DNA of 64,000 nt from an uncultured Chloroflexia bacterium. Lineage in GTDB: Bacteria; Chloroflexota; Limnocylindria; Limnocylindrales; CSP1-4. Shown here piece by piece: positions 52,727 to 64,000 of the stretch. The notes under the pieces were generated by a model, which did not search any database, had not been told where the DNA came from, and saw nothing but the letters and a program-made list of their open reading frames with translations. The translations under genes and the position numbers were made by a program. The stretch is from NCBI GenBank assembly GCA_963731995.1, contig CAVSXV010000012.1, positions 6,500 through 70,499 on the forward strand, read 5' to 3'. Position 1 is the first letter of the stretch, and the number at the start of each line of letters is the position of its first letter.

Positions 52727-55700
52727 TCCGCCTGACCCAGTTCGCGCTCAGAGAGAAGAGCGTCATCGTGCTGCTTGCGGTGGGCATCTTCCTGGCCGGC
52801 ATCTTCTCGTGGAACCAGCTCCGGCAGGAGCTCATCCCGGACATCGAGCTGCCCTTCGTGACCGTCATCACGGCGCTCCCGGGTGCAGGCGCCGAGGATG
52901 TCTCCGAACAGGTGTCCCAGCCGATCGAGCGCGCGATCGCGACCGTACCAGGGCTCGAGACCGTGCAGTCGAGCTCGGGCAACTCCGTCTCGCTCGTGTT
53001 CGCCCAGTTCGGGTTCGGCGCCGACCTCAAGGAGACGCTCACCGAGGTCGAGTCGGCGGTCGGCCAGGCGACGCTGCCCGAGGGCGCGCAGCCCACCGTC
53101 AGCTCCTTCGACTTCAATGCCGCGCCCATCATCATCGCTACGCTCTCGCCGGTCGAAGGGGCGGATCCCGTCGAGGCTGCCGCGATCACGCGCGACCAGG
53201 TGGTACCCGCCCTGATGGCCATCGATGGCGTCGCGAGCGCTGAGCTGACGGGCGGCGAGACCCCCATCCTCGACATCGTGCTCGACCCCGAGTCGATGGC
53301 GGAGGACAGCATCTCGCTGCAGCAGGTCCAGGGCATCCTCACCGCCAACCAGATCACCCTGCCGGCGGGCTCGATCGACGAGGGCGACCTGCGGCTGCCG
53401 GTCTCGGCCGAGCACCGCTTCACCTCGATCGACCAGCTCAAGGCCCAGATCGTGGGCGCCAGCGCGCCAGCGGCCGGGGCGGCTCCGGCGGGCCAGCCCT
53501 CCGATGCCCAGCCGTCGGGCGACGGCCAGGGCGGTGGCCTCGGCCTGCCCGACCTGGGCAGTCTGGCGGACACTCTCGCGGCCATCCCCATGCCCATCAC
53601 CCTCGGTGACATCGCCACCATCGAGCAGCGCGACGTCAACCTCTCGGGCTACGCGCGCACGAACGGGCAGCCCTCGCTGACGGTCAGCATCACCAAGCAG
53701 TCCGGCGGCAACACCGTCAGCGTGGCCGATGACGTCCTCGCGGTATTCGACGAGACGGAGGCCACCTCTGGCGATGTCGTCTCCATCGAAGTCGTGCAGG
53801 ACCAGTCCACCTTCATCCGCGAGTCCCAGCAGGGGCTCGTCCAGGAGGGGCTGTTGGGCGCGCTGTTCGCGGTGGTCGTCATCTACATCTTCCTGCGCAG
53901 CGCGCGCACCACGCTCGTCGCGGCGATCAGCATCCCACTCTCGATCATGATGGCCATCGCCGTCTTCGGCGTGGCTGGTCTGACTATCAACATCCTGACC
54001 CTCGGCGGCCTCGCGGTCGCGGTCGGTAGGGTGGTCGACGATTCCATCGTGGTCCTCGAGAACATCTACCGCCATCGCGGACTCGGTGACGCCAGGTACG
54101 ACGCGGTCATCAACGGCACCCGCGAGGTCGCCGGTGCCATCACCAGCTCCACCATCACCACGGTGGCCGTCTTCCTGCCCATCGGCTTCGTGGGCGGCAT
54201 CGTCAGCCAGTTCTTCCTGGACTTCGGGCTGGCGGTCACCTTCGCCCTGCTGGCCTCGTTGCTGGTGGCCCTGACCGTCATCCCCGTTCTGGCCTACTGG
54301 TTCGTGGACAAGGTCGACATCAAGCTCGACGAGCACGGCGACCTGGCGCCCACCATCTGGCAGAAGCTGTACACGCCGGTGCTCGTGGTCGCCCTGCGTA
54401 ATCGCATCACCAAGTGGGGCACGCTGGGCATCGCGAGCGTGCTCTTCGTCATCGCCATCTCCCTGGCCGGACTGCTGCCCACAGCCTTCATCGATGCCGG
54501 CGGCGAGAACTACGTGACGGTCACCGTCTCACCGCCACAGGGTGCGTCTACCGCTGGTGTGCGCGAGCGCACGCTCCAGGCCGAAGAGATCCTGCTGGCC
54601 GATGCCGACGTGGAGCTGGTCCAGTCCACCATCCCCGGGGAGACCGACACCGGCGCCCAGGCCCAGCAGGCGGCCTTCGCTGGCAGAGCCTCGAACAGCG
54701 CGCTCATCACGGTCAAGCTCGTCGATGAGGCCGACCTGTCCGCCGGTCGTGAGCAGATCAAGACATCCCTCGAGCCCGTCGCGAGCGACGGCTTCGAGGT
54801 GACCGTCTCGGAGGTGGACTTCACCGGCGCCGGTGGTGGCTTGCAGGTCGTGGTCAGTGGCCAGGACCCGGTCGAGATCAAGGCGGCCAGCGATGCCATC
54901 GCGGGCGCACTCGACACGCTCGATGGCGTGGACAACGTGTCGAGCGATGCTGTCGCCGAGGCTCCACAGGTCTCGGTGCGGGTCGATCCCAACAAGGCGG
55001 CCATGATCGGTTCCTCGACGGCCCAGGTCGGCCAGCAGATCCGAAGCGTCCTGGTCGGACAGGTCATCGGCTCCTACACGCTCGAGGATGGGCAGACGAC
55101 CCAGACCATCCTGCGCGTCGACGATGCCGGTATCACCGGCGTCGACAGCCTGCGCCAGATGCCCGTCAGCGGCAGCGCCGGAATCCTGCCGCTCGGCGAT
55201 GTGGCACAAGTCGATGCCGTCGAAGTCCGGGGCACGGTCACGCGCGTCGATGGCTCGCCGGCGGCGACCGTCTCGGCGGACATCACCTCCGACGACACCG
55301 GTGCGGTCTCGATGGCCGCCCAGGCAGAAGTCGACGCACTCATCGAGAGTGGTGACATCCCCGAGTCGGTGAACGTCACGTTCTCGGGTGCGACCGCCCA
55401 GATGAACGAGGCCTTCGGCAACCTGTTCTTCGCCATGGCCGTGGCCATCCTCGTCGTCTACATCGTGATGGTGCTGGCGCTGGGCTCGCTGGTCACGCCG
55501 TTCATCATCCTGTTCAGCCTGCCGCTCGCCTTGATCGGCGCCATCCCGGCGCTGCTCATCACCGGCAATCCGCTCGGTATCAGCGCCATGATCGGGTTCC
55601 TGATGCTCATCGGCATCGTGGTCACCAACGCCATCGTGCTGCTTGACTTCGTCGAGCAGCTGCGAGCACAGGGCTTGCCCACGCATCGGGCCCTCGTGCG

Positions 55701-55995
55701 CGGTGCCAACACCCGCGTCCGGCCCATCCTCATGACCGCGACCGCCACCATCCTCGCGCTGACGCCGGTGGCGCTCGGCTTCTCACACGGTTCGATCATC
55801 GCCTCGGAGCTTGCGACCGTGGTCATCGGTGGGCTCTTCAGCTCGACCTTCCTGACCTTGATGGTCATCCCGGTGCTCTACTCGCTCGTGGATGGCGGCA
55901 AGGAAGGCTTCAGCAAGCGCTTCATGCGTGGGGATGACGAGTCGCCGTCCGAGGCGCCGCAGACCCCTGCACCGGCCTCACCCGCCGGCGGCTGA
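52723..55995 (+). CDS. RND superfamily efflux transporter permease (AcrB/HAE-like, 1090 aa, 12 predicted TM helices)
   Basis: ATGA overlap with marR; two large periplasmic/extracytoplasmic loops and two TM bundles, e.g. …LGGLAVAVGRVVDDSIVVLENIYRH…, …IGIVVTNAIVLLDFVEQLRAQG…. Confidence 0.88.
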   Translation: MIRLTQFALREKSVIVLLAVGIFLAGIFSWNQLRQELIPDIELPFVTVITALPGAGAEDVSEQVSQPIERAIATVPGLETVQSSSGNSVSLVFAQFGFGADLKETLTEVESAVGQATLPEGAQPTVSSFDFNAAPIIIATLSPVEGADPVEAAAITRDQVVPALMAIDGVASAELTGGETPILDIVLDPESMAEDSISLQQVQGILTANQITLPAGSIDEGDLRLPVSAEHRFTSIDQLKAQIVGASAPAAGAAPAGQPSDAQPSGDGQGGGLGLPDLGSLADTLAAIPMPITLGDIATIEQRDVNLSGYARTNGQPSLTVSITKQSGGNTVSVADDVLAVFDETEATSGDVVSIEVVQDQSTFIRESQQGLVQEGLLGALFAVVVIYIFLRSARTTLVAAISIPLSIMMAIAVFGVAGLTINILTLGGLAVAVGRVVDDSIVVLENIYRHRGLGDARYDAVINGTREVAGAITSSTITTVAVFLPIGFVGGIVSQFFLDFGLAVTFALLASLLVALTVIPVLAYWFVDKVDIKLDEHGDLAPTIWQKLYTPVLVVALRNRITKWGTLGIASVLFVIAISLAGLLPTAFIDAGGENYVTVTVSPPQGASTAGVRERTLQAEEILLADADVELVQSTIPGETDTGAQAQQAAFAGRASNSALITVKLVDEADLSAGREQIKTSLEPVASDGFEVTVSEVDFTGAGGGLQVVVSGQDPVEIKAASDAIAGALDTLDGVDNVSSDAVAEAPQVSVRVDPNKAAMIGSSTAQVGQQIRSVLVGQVIGSYTLEDGQTTQTILRVDDAGITGVDSLRQMPVSGSAGILPLGDVAQVDAVEVRGTVTRVDGSPAATVSADITSDDTGAVSMAAQAEVDALIESGDIPESVNVTFSGATAQMNEAFGNLFFAMAVAILVVYIVMVLALGSLVTPFIILFSLPLALIGAIPALLITGNPLGISAMIGFLMLIGIVVTNAIVLLDFVEQLRAQGLPTHRALVRGANTRVRPILMTATATILALTPVALGFSHGSIIASELATVVIGGLFSSTFLTLMVIPVLYSLVDGGKEGFSKRFMRGDDESPSEAPQTPAPASPAGG

Positions 55996-56013
55996 AGGCT
56001 TCGACCACCGACG

Positions 56014-56049
56014 CAGAGGGGCCGGTCGCATCGAGCGAGCGGCCCTCTG
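56014..56049 (+). terminator. Hairpin terminator between the convergent RND gene and DUF2277 gene: CAGAGGGGCCG-(15-nt loop)-CGGCCCTCTG followed by TCTGTCCTT
   Basis: 10-bp stem with a 1-nt bulge, read directly from the sequence 19 nt after the RND stop. Confidence 0.5.
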
Positions 56050-56057
56050 TCTGTCCT

Positions 56058-56294
56058 TCAGCCCGAGCGTCCGGGATGCTCCAGCGACGACGGTTCGCGG
56101 ACGACGAGTCCCTCGAGCAGCCGTTGCGTGGCCCGGGCGATCTCGTCCACGGCGGCCTCGAAGACCTCCTCGTTGGCTTGGGAGGGCTTGCGGTAGCCAC
56201 TCAGCTTGCGCACGTATTGCAGGGCGGCGGCGCGCACAGCCTCGTTGCTGGTCGCCTCGCTGGAGCCTCGTAGTGTCTTGATGGATCGGCACAT
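56058..56294 (-). CDS. DUF2277-family small protein (78 aa)
   Basis: MCRSIKTLRGSSEATSNEAVRAAALQYVRKLSGYRKPSQANEEVFEAAVDEIARATQRLL… resembles the conserved actinobacterial MCR…-start small protein family. It is the 3' end of a 327-aa track ORF whose remainder is antisense to the LCP gene. Confidence 0.65.
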   Translation of the reverse strand: MCRSIKTLRGSSEATSNEAVRAAALQYVRKLSGYRKPSQANEEVFEAAVDEIARATQRLLEGLVVREPSSLEHPGRSG

Positions 56295-56474
56295 GGTCGG
56301 CGATGGTAGACATGCTGGTGCGCGAAGGCAACACCCCGGCAGGAATGGGGGTCCGGCGCTAGACTCCGTCGCAGATCGCACATCGGCGCGGGGTCCCTCC
56401 TGTCCGGGGGGTGTGCCCAGATCCCGTCCGGCCGTGACGCGTCGTCGCACGACCAGATAGGAGCCGTCCCCCGC

Positions 56475-57440
56475 ATGAGCCGAGCTCTGCTCGCCCTGGC
56501 CTTCACCCTGCTCGCCCTCATCGCCGCTGGCTGTTCCGAGCCCGCGGCGGACTCCCGGCGCGACCAGGGCTCGGGCGGTGGCAGGCAGGCGGTCGTCGAT
56601 CCCACCCCGGAGCCCACCAAGCCGCCGCTGCGGGTCGAAGACCTGCTCGGTGAGGACGGTCGCCTGACGGTGTTGGTGCTGGGCAGCGACTACCGCGACG
56701 GCGTCATCGGATCCCGAACCGACGCGATCATCGTGGCCTCGATCGACCCGCGCTCCGGCAAGGTGGCCATGGTCAGCCTCCCGCGCGACACGGTGAACGT
56801 GCCCATCGCGCCGGGCCAGGTCTACGGCGGCCGCATCAACTCGCTCTTCGGGGAGTACGAGCGCGCGAGCGGCAAGCCCAAGGCCGCCCTCAAGAAGGTG
56901 AAGCGCGATCTCTCGTACGCCTTCGGCGTGGAGATCGACTACTACACGATGGTGGAGTTCGATGGCCTCATCCGCCTCGTCAACAGCATCGGTGGGGTGG
57001 ACGTCACGCTCAAGGAGACGCTCGTGGATCCCACCATCCACGTCGGCCAGAACGGCCTCAGGCTCAAGGCCGGCCAGCGTGAGCTCGATGGCAAGCGGGC
57101 GCTGGCCTTCTCCCGCTCACGCCACGCCGACAGTGACTACGGTCGCTCTCGGCGCCAGCACCAGGTGCTCACGGCCGCTGCGGCGAAGGTACGCCAGCGC
57201 GGCGCCGACCAGCTGCCCGCGCTGGTGGACGTGGCGCGCAAGAAGGTCATGACCGACCTGCCCTTGCGTGCCGCACCGGCACTGCTCACGCTGGCGGCCT
57301 CGGCGAAGCTCGACGATGTCAAGTCGGTGGTGCTCGAGCCGGACCGCTACGCCCGCCAACTGGCCGGGAGCTACACGATCGTGCCCAAGGTGCTCGAGCA
57401 GCAGAAGCTCTTCGATCGCCTCATGAAGCCCGTGGAGTGA
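56475..57440 (+). CDS. LytR-CpsA-Psr (LCP) family cell-envelope phosphotransferase, lipoprotein
   Basis: Lipobox LIAAGC at the N-terminus; LCP core …LTVLVLGSDYRDG…RTDAIIVASIDPRSGKVAMVSLPRDT…EIDYYTMVEFDG…. Confidence 0.85.
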   Translation: MSRALLALAFTLLALIAAGCSEPAADSRRDQGSGGGRQAVVDPTPEPTKPPLRVEDLLGEDGRLTVLVLGSDYRDGVIGSRTDAIIVASIDPRSGKVAMVSLPRDTVNVPIAPGQVYGGRINSLFGEYERASGKPKAALKKVKRDLSYAFGVEIDYYTMVEFDGLIRLVNSIGGVDVTLKETLVDPTIHVGQNGLRLKAGQRELDGKRALAFSRSRHADSDYGRSRRQHQVLTAAAAKVRQRGADQLPALVDVARKKVMTDLPLRAAPALLTLAASAKLDDVKSVVLEPDRYARQLAGSYTIVPKVLEQQKLFDRLMKPVE

Positions 57441-57460
57441 TGCTCCCCGCACAGCAAGAG

Positions 57461-57500
57461 GACGCCGCCGGTCTTGCGACCGACGGCGTCGTTCTGTTCT
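57461..57500 (+). terminator. Bidirectional rho-independent terminator: GACGCCGCCGGTC-ttgc-GACCGACGGCGTC followed by GTTCTGTTCT; a second hairpin GCGGGCC-gttg-GGCCCGC at 57506-57523
   Basis: 13-bp stem with one mismatch plus a T-rich tract, 20 nt after the LCP stop; lies between convergent genes. Confidence 0.6.
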
Positions 57501-57535
57501 AGCGGTGCGGGCCGTTGGCCCGCGAAGGTGTCGCC

Positions 57536-58285
57536 CTAGGCGGTGACGGGTGCCTTCTCTTCCTTCTTGGCCGCACCGGCGACCCAGATGAGGAGGATGC
57601 CCGTAGCGCCGAAGCCGAGGCCCATGAGCAGGACCACCAGCGCGATGCCGAGTCCAACCTGCGCCAGCGAGGCCGTCACGGCGCCGACGCCGAGCTCGGC
57701 GAAGAGGCCGTGCACGGTGCCGGACCAGGTCTGCTCACGCGCCGGGCCGTCGAGCGGGTGCGTGCGGTTGAACTGCGTCCAGTAGCGACCGTCGACCGGG
57801 ACCTCGTACGTGCCGGCGTTGAAGATGGCGTCCTGACCGGACGTTGACGGATCCCACTCACCCCCGAAGTACTCGGGCGCGTCGGCAGCGATCGTGCCAT
57901 CGCCGTCGCCGTCGTATTCGACCCTCTCGGGCAGGACCACGGTCTGGACACCGTTCAGCGTGTGGTAGGCGATGGTGGCCATCTGGAACATGTACTCGGT
58001 GGCCGTGTTGACCAGCGGGTCGTTGGGATCGAGCTCGCCGTCGACGATGGGCCAGCGCCAGGTGTCGCCCAGCAGGGAGAGGATCGCGTCTGCCCCCTCG
58101 GTCGTGCCGCGGTCGATGAGCTGGCCATCGGCGTTGTAGGTCAGTTCGACGTCCTGCGCCTCGCTGAAGCCTTGCAGGGAATCGGCGCTATCTTGCGTCC
58201 GCATGTACGTGTAGCCGGCCGCTCCCAACGCGACGATGCCGATGACCAAGAGGATCACACCGGTGATCCGAAGCCGTGAAGCCAT
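57536..58285 (-). CDS. Hypothetical membrane protein with N- and C-terminal TM helices and an acidic extracytoplasmic middle domain
   Basis: TM1 ITGVILLVIGIVALGAAGY; TM2 GIALVVLLMGLGFGATGILLIWVAGAA; ATG 58285 preceded by AAAGGGAG on the minus strand; good GC3. Confidence 0.6.
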   Translation of the reverse strand: MASRLRITGVILLVIGIVALGAAGYTYMRTQDSADSLQGFSEAQDVELTYNADGQLIDRGTTEGADAILSLLGDTWRWPIVDGELDPNDPLVNTATEYMFQMATIAYHTLNGVQTVVLPERVEYDGDGDGTIAADAPEYFGGEWDPSTSGQDAIFNAGTYEVPVDGRYWTQFNRTHPLDGPAREQTWSGTVHGLFAELGVGAVTASLAQVGLGIALVVLLMGLGFGATGILLIWVAGAAKKEEKAPVTA

Positions 58286-58527
58286 GAGTGGGGGGCTCCC
58301 TTTCTACTTGTCGACCGTGGTGCGTTGACCGTTTCGGCCGGATATCCCTCTCCTGCGCACCGCGATCAGGGTTGATCTTGAATGAGCAGAGACTAACTGT
58401 TTGTTGCCATCATCATCGGCGCCCTCCGACATGGACCCGCTGTGCCATACGGCCCGAATCAGGCAGGACTCCTAGACGCTCTACGTCAGGTACGGTTGAC
58501 AGCACCTCCGTCCTGACTCGACCGGCG

Positions 58528-58562
58528 CCCGAATCAGAAGAGCCGGGCAGCTCGCCCGGCTC
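58528..58562 (-). terminator. Minus-strand rho-independent terminator after the CAP-domain gene: GAGCCGGGC-gagct-GCCCGGCTC followed by UUCUGAUUC (read on the minus strand)
   Basis: 9-bp perfect inverted repeat at 58540-58562 with a U-rich tract on the minus strand. Confidence 0.5.
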
Positions 58563-58589
58563 CGCTGGGTCTCGGCCAGGGGCTGAGGA

Positions 58590-59186
58590 TCAGCGAACCG
58601 CCTTGCCGTAGAAGTTCATGACCATCTGCGCCTTGCGGCTCCCGTAGCGTGCGACGCCCACGCCGACGCTCTTGAACTCGGGATCCTTGATCTGCCGCCA
58701 GTGGGGACCGCCCCAGGACCGCTCTGCCTGCCACATGCGCACGACCCTGACGACCGTCTGCTTGCCCGTGCCGTACATGCCGCAGCCCATGTTCTCGCCG
58801 TTCGCGATGTGCTTGAGGCTGACGGAGGCGAAGCGCTTGTCCACCGTGGAGCCAGCCTTGGCGTGGCCGATCCAGCATGAGCGGGTGCCGCTGAACTGGA
58901 CGGAGCGCTTGGCCCACGGCCAGGAGACCCGATCGGAGATCCTGTCACTGCGCTTGAGGAGCGGCTGGGGCTTGGAGTACTTGCCCTTGCCCCAACCCTT
59001 GCAGCGGCCGGTCCGGGTCACGAGCCCGCCCGAGCGGATGCAGTTGGTGAGTCGGATGGCCACGTCCTCGGCGGCCTTGGCACGCCAGGTGCCGCCAGCT
59101 GCGGCTGGAACGGCCGTGAAGGCCACCAGCGTGAGCGCCAGCAGGCTCGCGAGGGCGAGGTGGGTGTGTGTGGTCTGGCGCGTCAT
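58590..59186 (-). CDS. Secreted protein with signal peptide; possible CAP (SCP/PR-1-like) domain
   Basis: N-terminal signal peptide LALASLLALTLVAFTAVPAAAG; the C-terminal half (…GHAKAGSTVDKRFAS…GENMGCG…RVVRMWQAERSWGGPHWRQIKDPEFKSVGVGVARYG…) loosely resembles the CAP family. Confidence 0.5.
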   Translation of the reverse strand: MTRQTTHTHLALASLLALTLVAFTAVPAAAGGTWRAKAAEDVAIRLTNCIRSGGLVTRTGRCKGWGKGKYSKPQPLLKRSDRISDRVSWPWAKRSVQFSGTRSCWIGHAKAGSTVDKRFASVSLKHIANGENMGCGMYGTGKQTVVRVVRMWQAERSWGGPHWRQIKDPEFKSVGVGVARYGSRKAQMVMNFYGKAVR

Positions 59187-59393
59187 ACAGCAGCTCCTGG
59201 CTGCCAGACGGTCGTACGCAACGGCGGGCCTCCGTCGTGTTCCCTTGGTCTCGGGACGTCGAGCTGGGGCTCGAGTGGCCGGGCACTGGCCGTTTGTCGT
59301 CCCTTATCGGCCTACTATCACTGGGGTGACAGCCGACCGACGACCGCCAAAGGGTACCGCGTCTGCGGTCCATTAGTCTTGGGCGACGTGCAC

Positions 59394-59405
59394 TGCCACG
59401 TGGCA
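59394..59405 (+). promoter_or_regulatory. Perfect 12-bp palindrome TGCCACGTGGCA, 73 nt upstream of lacZ (candidate operator)
   Basis: Read directly from the sequence; self-complementary; located in the CAP/lacZ divergent intergenic region. Confidence 0.35.
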
Positions 59406-59423
59406 CCTCCCAAGTGCCCGTGA

Positions 59424-62501
<3,078 letters not shown>

Positions 62502-62570
62502 GCTACGGCCCAACGGCGATCGTTCGTGCCCGCAGCGGCGCGCGACAGGGGAGGATGCGATCCGGAGCCG

Positions 62571-63401
62571 ATGTTGAACCTGCCCGTCATCGATGCTCAC
62601 CACCACTTCGGCGAGCCGGGTGCAGCCGATGGCTCTGGGCCCGATGACCTGTTACCCGAGCTCGAGATCGAGCATGTCACCGGCACCGTGGTCTCGGTGA
62701 TGCGCTCGTCGACCGCCGAGACGCGCGAGTTGCTGGAGCTGGCGGCTGCGGTGCCGTACGTGCGTGGGGTCGTGGGCTGGGTCGATCTCACCGACGATGC
62801 CGTGGGCGCCCGGATCGAGGCCCTTCGTGATGCTCCTGGCGGGGAGTCGCTGGTGGCCCTGCGCCATGCCATCGACGAGGAGGTCGATCCGCGCTGGCTG
62901 GAGCGGGCCGATGTGCGACGCGGGCTCGACGCGGTCGCCGCCGCCGGGCTCGCCTTCGACCTGGGCCTGCGCACGCGGGAGCTGCCGGCCGCGGTGGCGG
63001 CCTGTGCCCGGTTGCCCGAGGTCCGCTTCGTCCTGCAACACCTCGCCTGCCCGCCCATCGCCAGCGGTGACCTCTCGGCCTGGGGCCGTGCCCTCCTGGA
63101 GCTCGCTGAGCTGCCCAACGTGTGCGCCACGCTCTCAGGTCTCGTCACCGAAGCTGACCCGCGGACCTGGTCCATCGACGATCTGCGTGATCCGGTCGAG
63201 CTGGCGGTGGACGCGTTCGGCCCAGCGCGGCTGATGCTGGGGTCGGATTGGCCACGCTGTCTGGCGGCGGGTTCGTACAGTGACGTCTTCGACGCTGTCC
63301 GTTACCTGCTGGCCGAGCTGCCGACCTACCAACAGGACGAGATCCGCGGGCTGACCGCGATGCGCGTCTACCGGCTGCGCGATGGCTCGCCCGGCACCTG
63401 A
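62571..63401 (+). CDS. Amidohydrolase-2 family metal-dependent hydrolase (fuconolactonase/LigI-like TIM barrel)
   Basis: MLNLPVIDAHHHF… N-terminal His pair; …LGSDWP… C-terminal Asp. ATG 62571 chosen; the track ORF starts at GTG 62526. Confidence 0.75.
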   Translation: MLNLPVIDAHHHFGEPGAADGSGPDDLLPELEIEHVTGTVVSVMRSSTAETRELLELAAAVPYVRGVVGWVDLTDDAVGARIEALRDAPGGESLVALRHAIDEEVDPRWLERADVRRGLDAVAAAGLAFDLGLRTRELPAAVAACARLPEVRFVLQHLACPPIASGDLSAWGRALLELAELPNVCATLSGLVTEADPRTWSIDDLRDPVELAVDAFGPARLMLGSDWPRCLAAGSYSDVFDAVRYLLAELPTYQQDEIRGLTAMRVYRLRDGSPGT

Positions 63402-63494
63402 CCGCCTGCGTGGGCGCCGATCACGGGTTGCGGTGCGTGCGCGCACCACTCGGGTTGCGGTTCGGTCACATTCGGGCGGGCTGCGTACGTGAAG

Positions 63495-63512
63495 TTCGTG
63501 GACGAGCACGAA
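63495..63512 (+). promoter_or_regulatory. 18-bp palindrome TTCGTG-gacgag-CACGAA upstream of the substrate-binding-protein gene (candidate operator)
   Basis: Read directly from the sequence; direct repeat cgggttgcggt x2 (63423-63459) and hairpin GGGTCCG-tcgggag-CGGACCC (63583-63603) lie in the same 240-bp intergenic region. Confidence 0.35.
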
Positions 63513-63642
63513 ACATCATCGCGGACTTGTTATCCTGCGCCGACGCGGCTGCTCCGCAAAGGATCACCGCTGACGCTCCGGGGGGTCCGTCGGGAGCGGA
63601 CCCTCTGCGTCGTTCACCGCCCCAACTATGGAGGAGTACGTC

Positions 63643-64000
63643 TTGAAGCGACTCGTACCCGGGCTCGTGATCGGAGCCCTAGTTCTCGGTTCATCGGCCG
63701 TCACCGCGCAGGATGGCGGCACGCTGGCAGCGGTCCAGGAGCGCGGCACGCTCGTCTGTGGCGTCAACGGCGGCTTGCCGGGCATGAGCGTCCTGAACGA
63801 GGAGACCGGTATCTTCGAAGGCATGGACGCTGACTACTGCCGCGCCGTCGCGGCCGCGGTGCTCGGCGATCCCGATGCCGTCCAGTACACCCCCCTGACC
63901 GCGGACCAGCGCGCCACCGCCATCCAGGGCGGCGAGGTCGACGTCATCTTCCGCAACACCACGAACACCCTCACGCGCGATGCGTCGTGGGGCGATTTCG
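63643..64000 (+). CDS. ABC transporter substrate-binding protein (family 3, amino-acid type), 5' portion; continues beyond the window
   Basis: TTG 63643 preceded by GGAGGAG (63629-63635); signal peptide KRLVPGLVIGALVLGSSAVTAQ; …GTLVCGVNGGLPGMS…GMDADYCRAVAAAVLGD… SBP_bac_3-like. Alternative in-frame ATG at 63628. Confidence 0.7.
   Translation, partial: MKRLVPGLVIGALVLGSSAVTAQDGGTLAAVQERGTLVCGVNGGLPGMSVLNEETGIFEGMDADYCRAVAAAVLGDPDAVQYTPLTADQRATAIQGGEVDVIFRNTTNTLTRDASWGDF

Overview
High-GC (~68-70%) bacterial chromosomal segment, almost entirely housekeeping. It opens with the 3' end of an unidentified gene carrying NPFLE repeats. Then comes the complete str/S10/spc/alpha ribosomal-protein supercluster on the + strand: rpsL-rpsG-fusA-tuf-rpsJ-rplCDWB-rpsS-rplV-rpsC-rplP-rpmC-rpsQ-rplNXE-rpsN(type Z)-rpsH-rplFR-rpsE-rpmD-rplO-secY-adk-map-infA-rpmJ-rpsMKD-rpoA-rplQ-truA-rplM-rpsI. 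This runs into a ~16 kb co-directional, largely overlapping gene array: TPR protein, cdaA-cdaR-glmM-glmS (c-di-AMP cyclase operon, no room for a glmS ribozyme), acpS-nnrD-alr, three uncharacterized genes, tsaE-tsaB-rimI-tsaD, rsmA-ispE-ridA. Further on are glmU, a CNNM/CorC-type CBS protein, a minus-strand polyprenyl synthase divergent from recO, glyQS, a minus-strand nfnAB-like pair plus ferredoxin-NADP reductase divergent from ppdK, a MarR/RND efflux pair, a DUF2277 gene, an LCP lipoprotein, two small envelope/secreted proteins, lacZ, an amidohydrolase and the start of an ABC substrate-binding protein. No rRNA, tRNA, CRISPR or mobile element was found. Observations flagged in the findings: an apparent single-base frameshift inside essential fusA; a second reading-frame jump in the first partial CDS; ribosomal proteins with unusual extensions (L24 with a C4 zinc ribbon; S17, L15, L30, S5 with acidic/Pro-Ala tails); an uncharacterized three-gene cassette containing a predicted ASKHA-fold ATPase inserted into the conserved alr/tsaEBD neighbourhood; several candidate promoters, operator-like palindromes and rho-independent terminators; and an unusually long 384-bp convergent intergenic region. 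Long antisense ORFs in the track are treated as high-GC artefacts.
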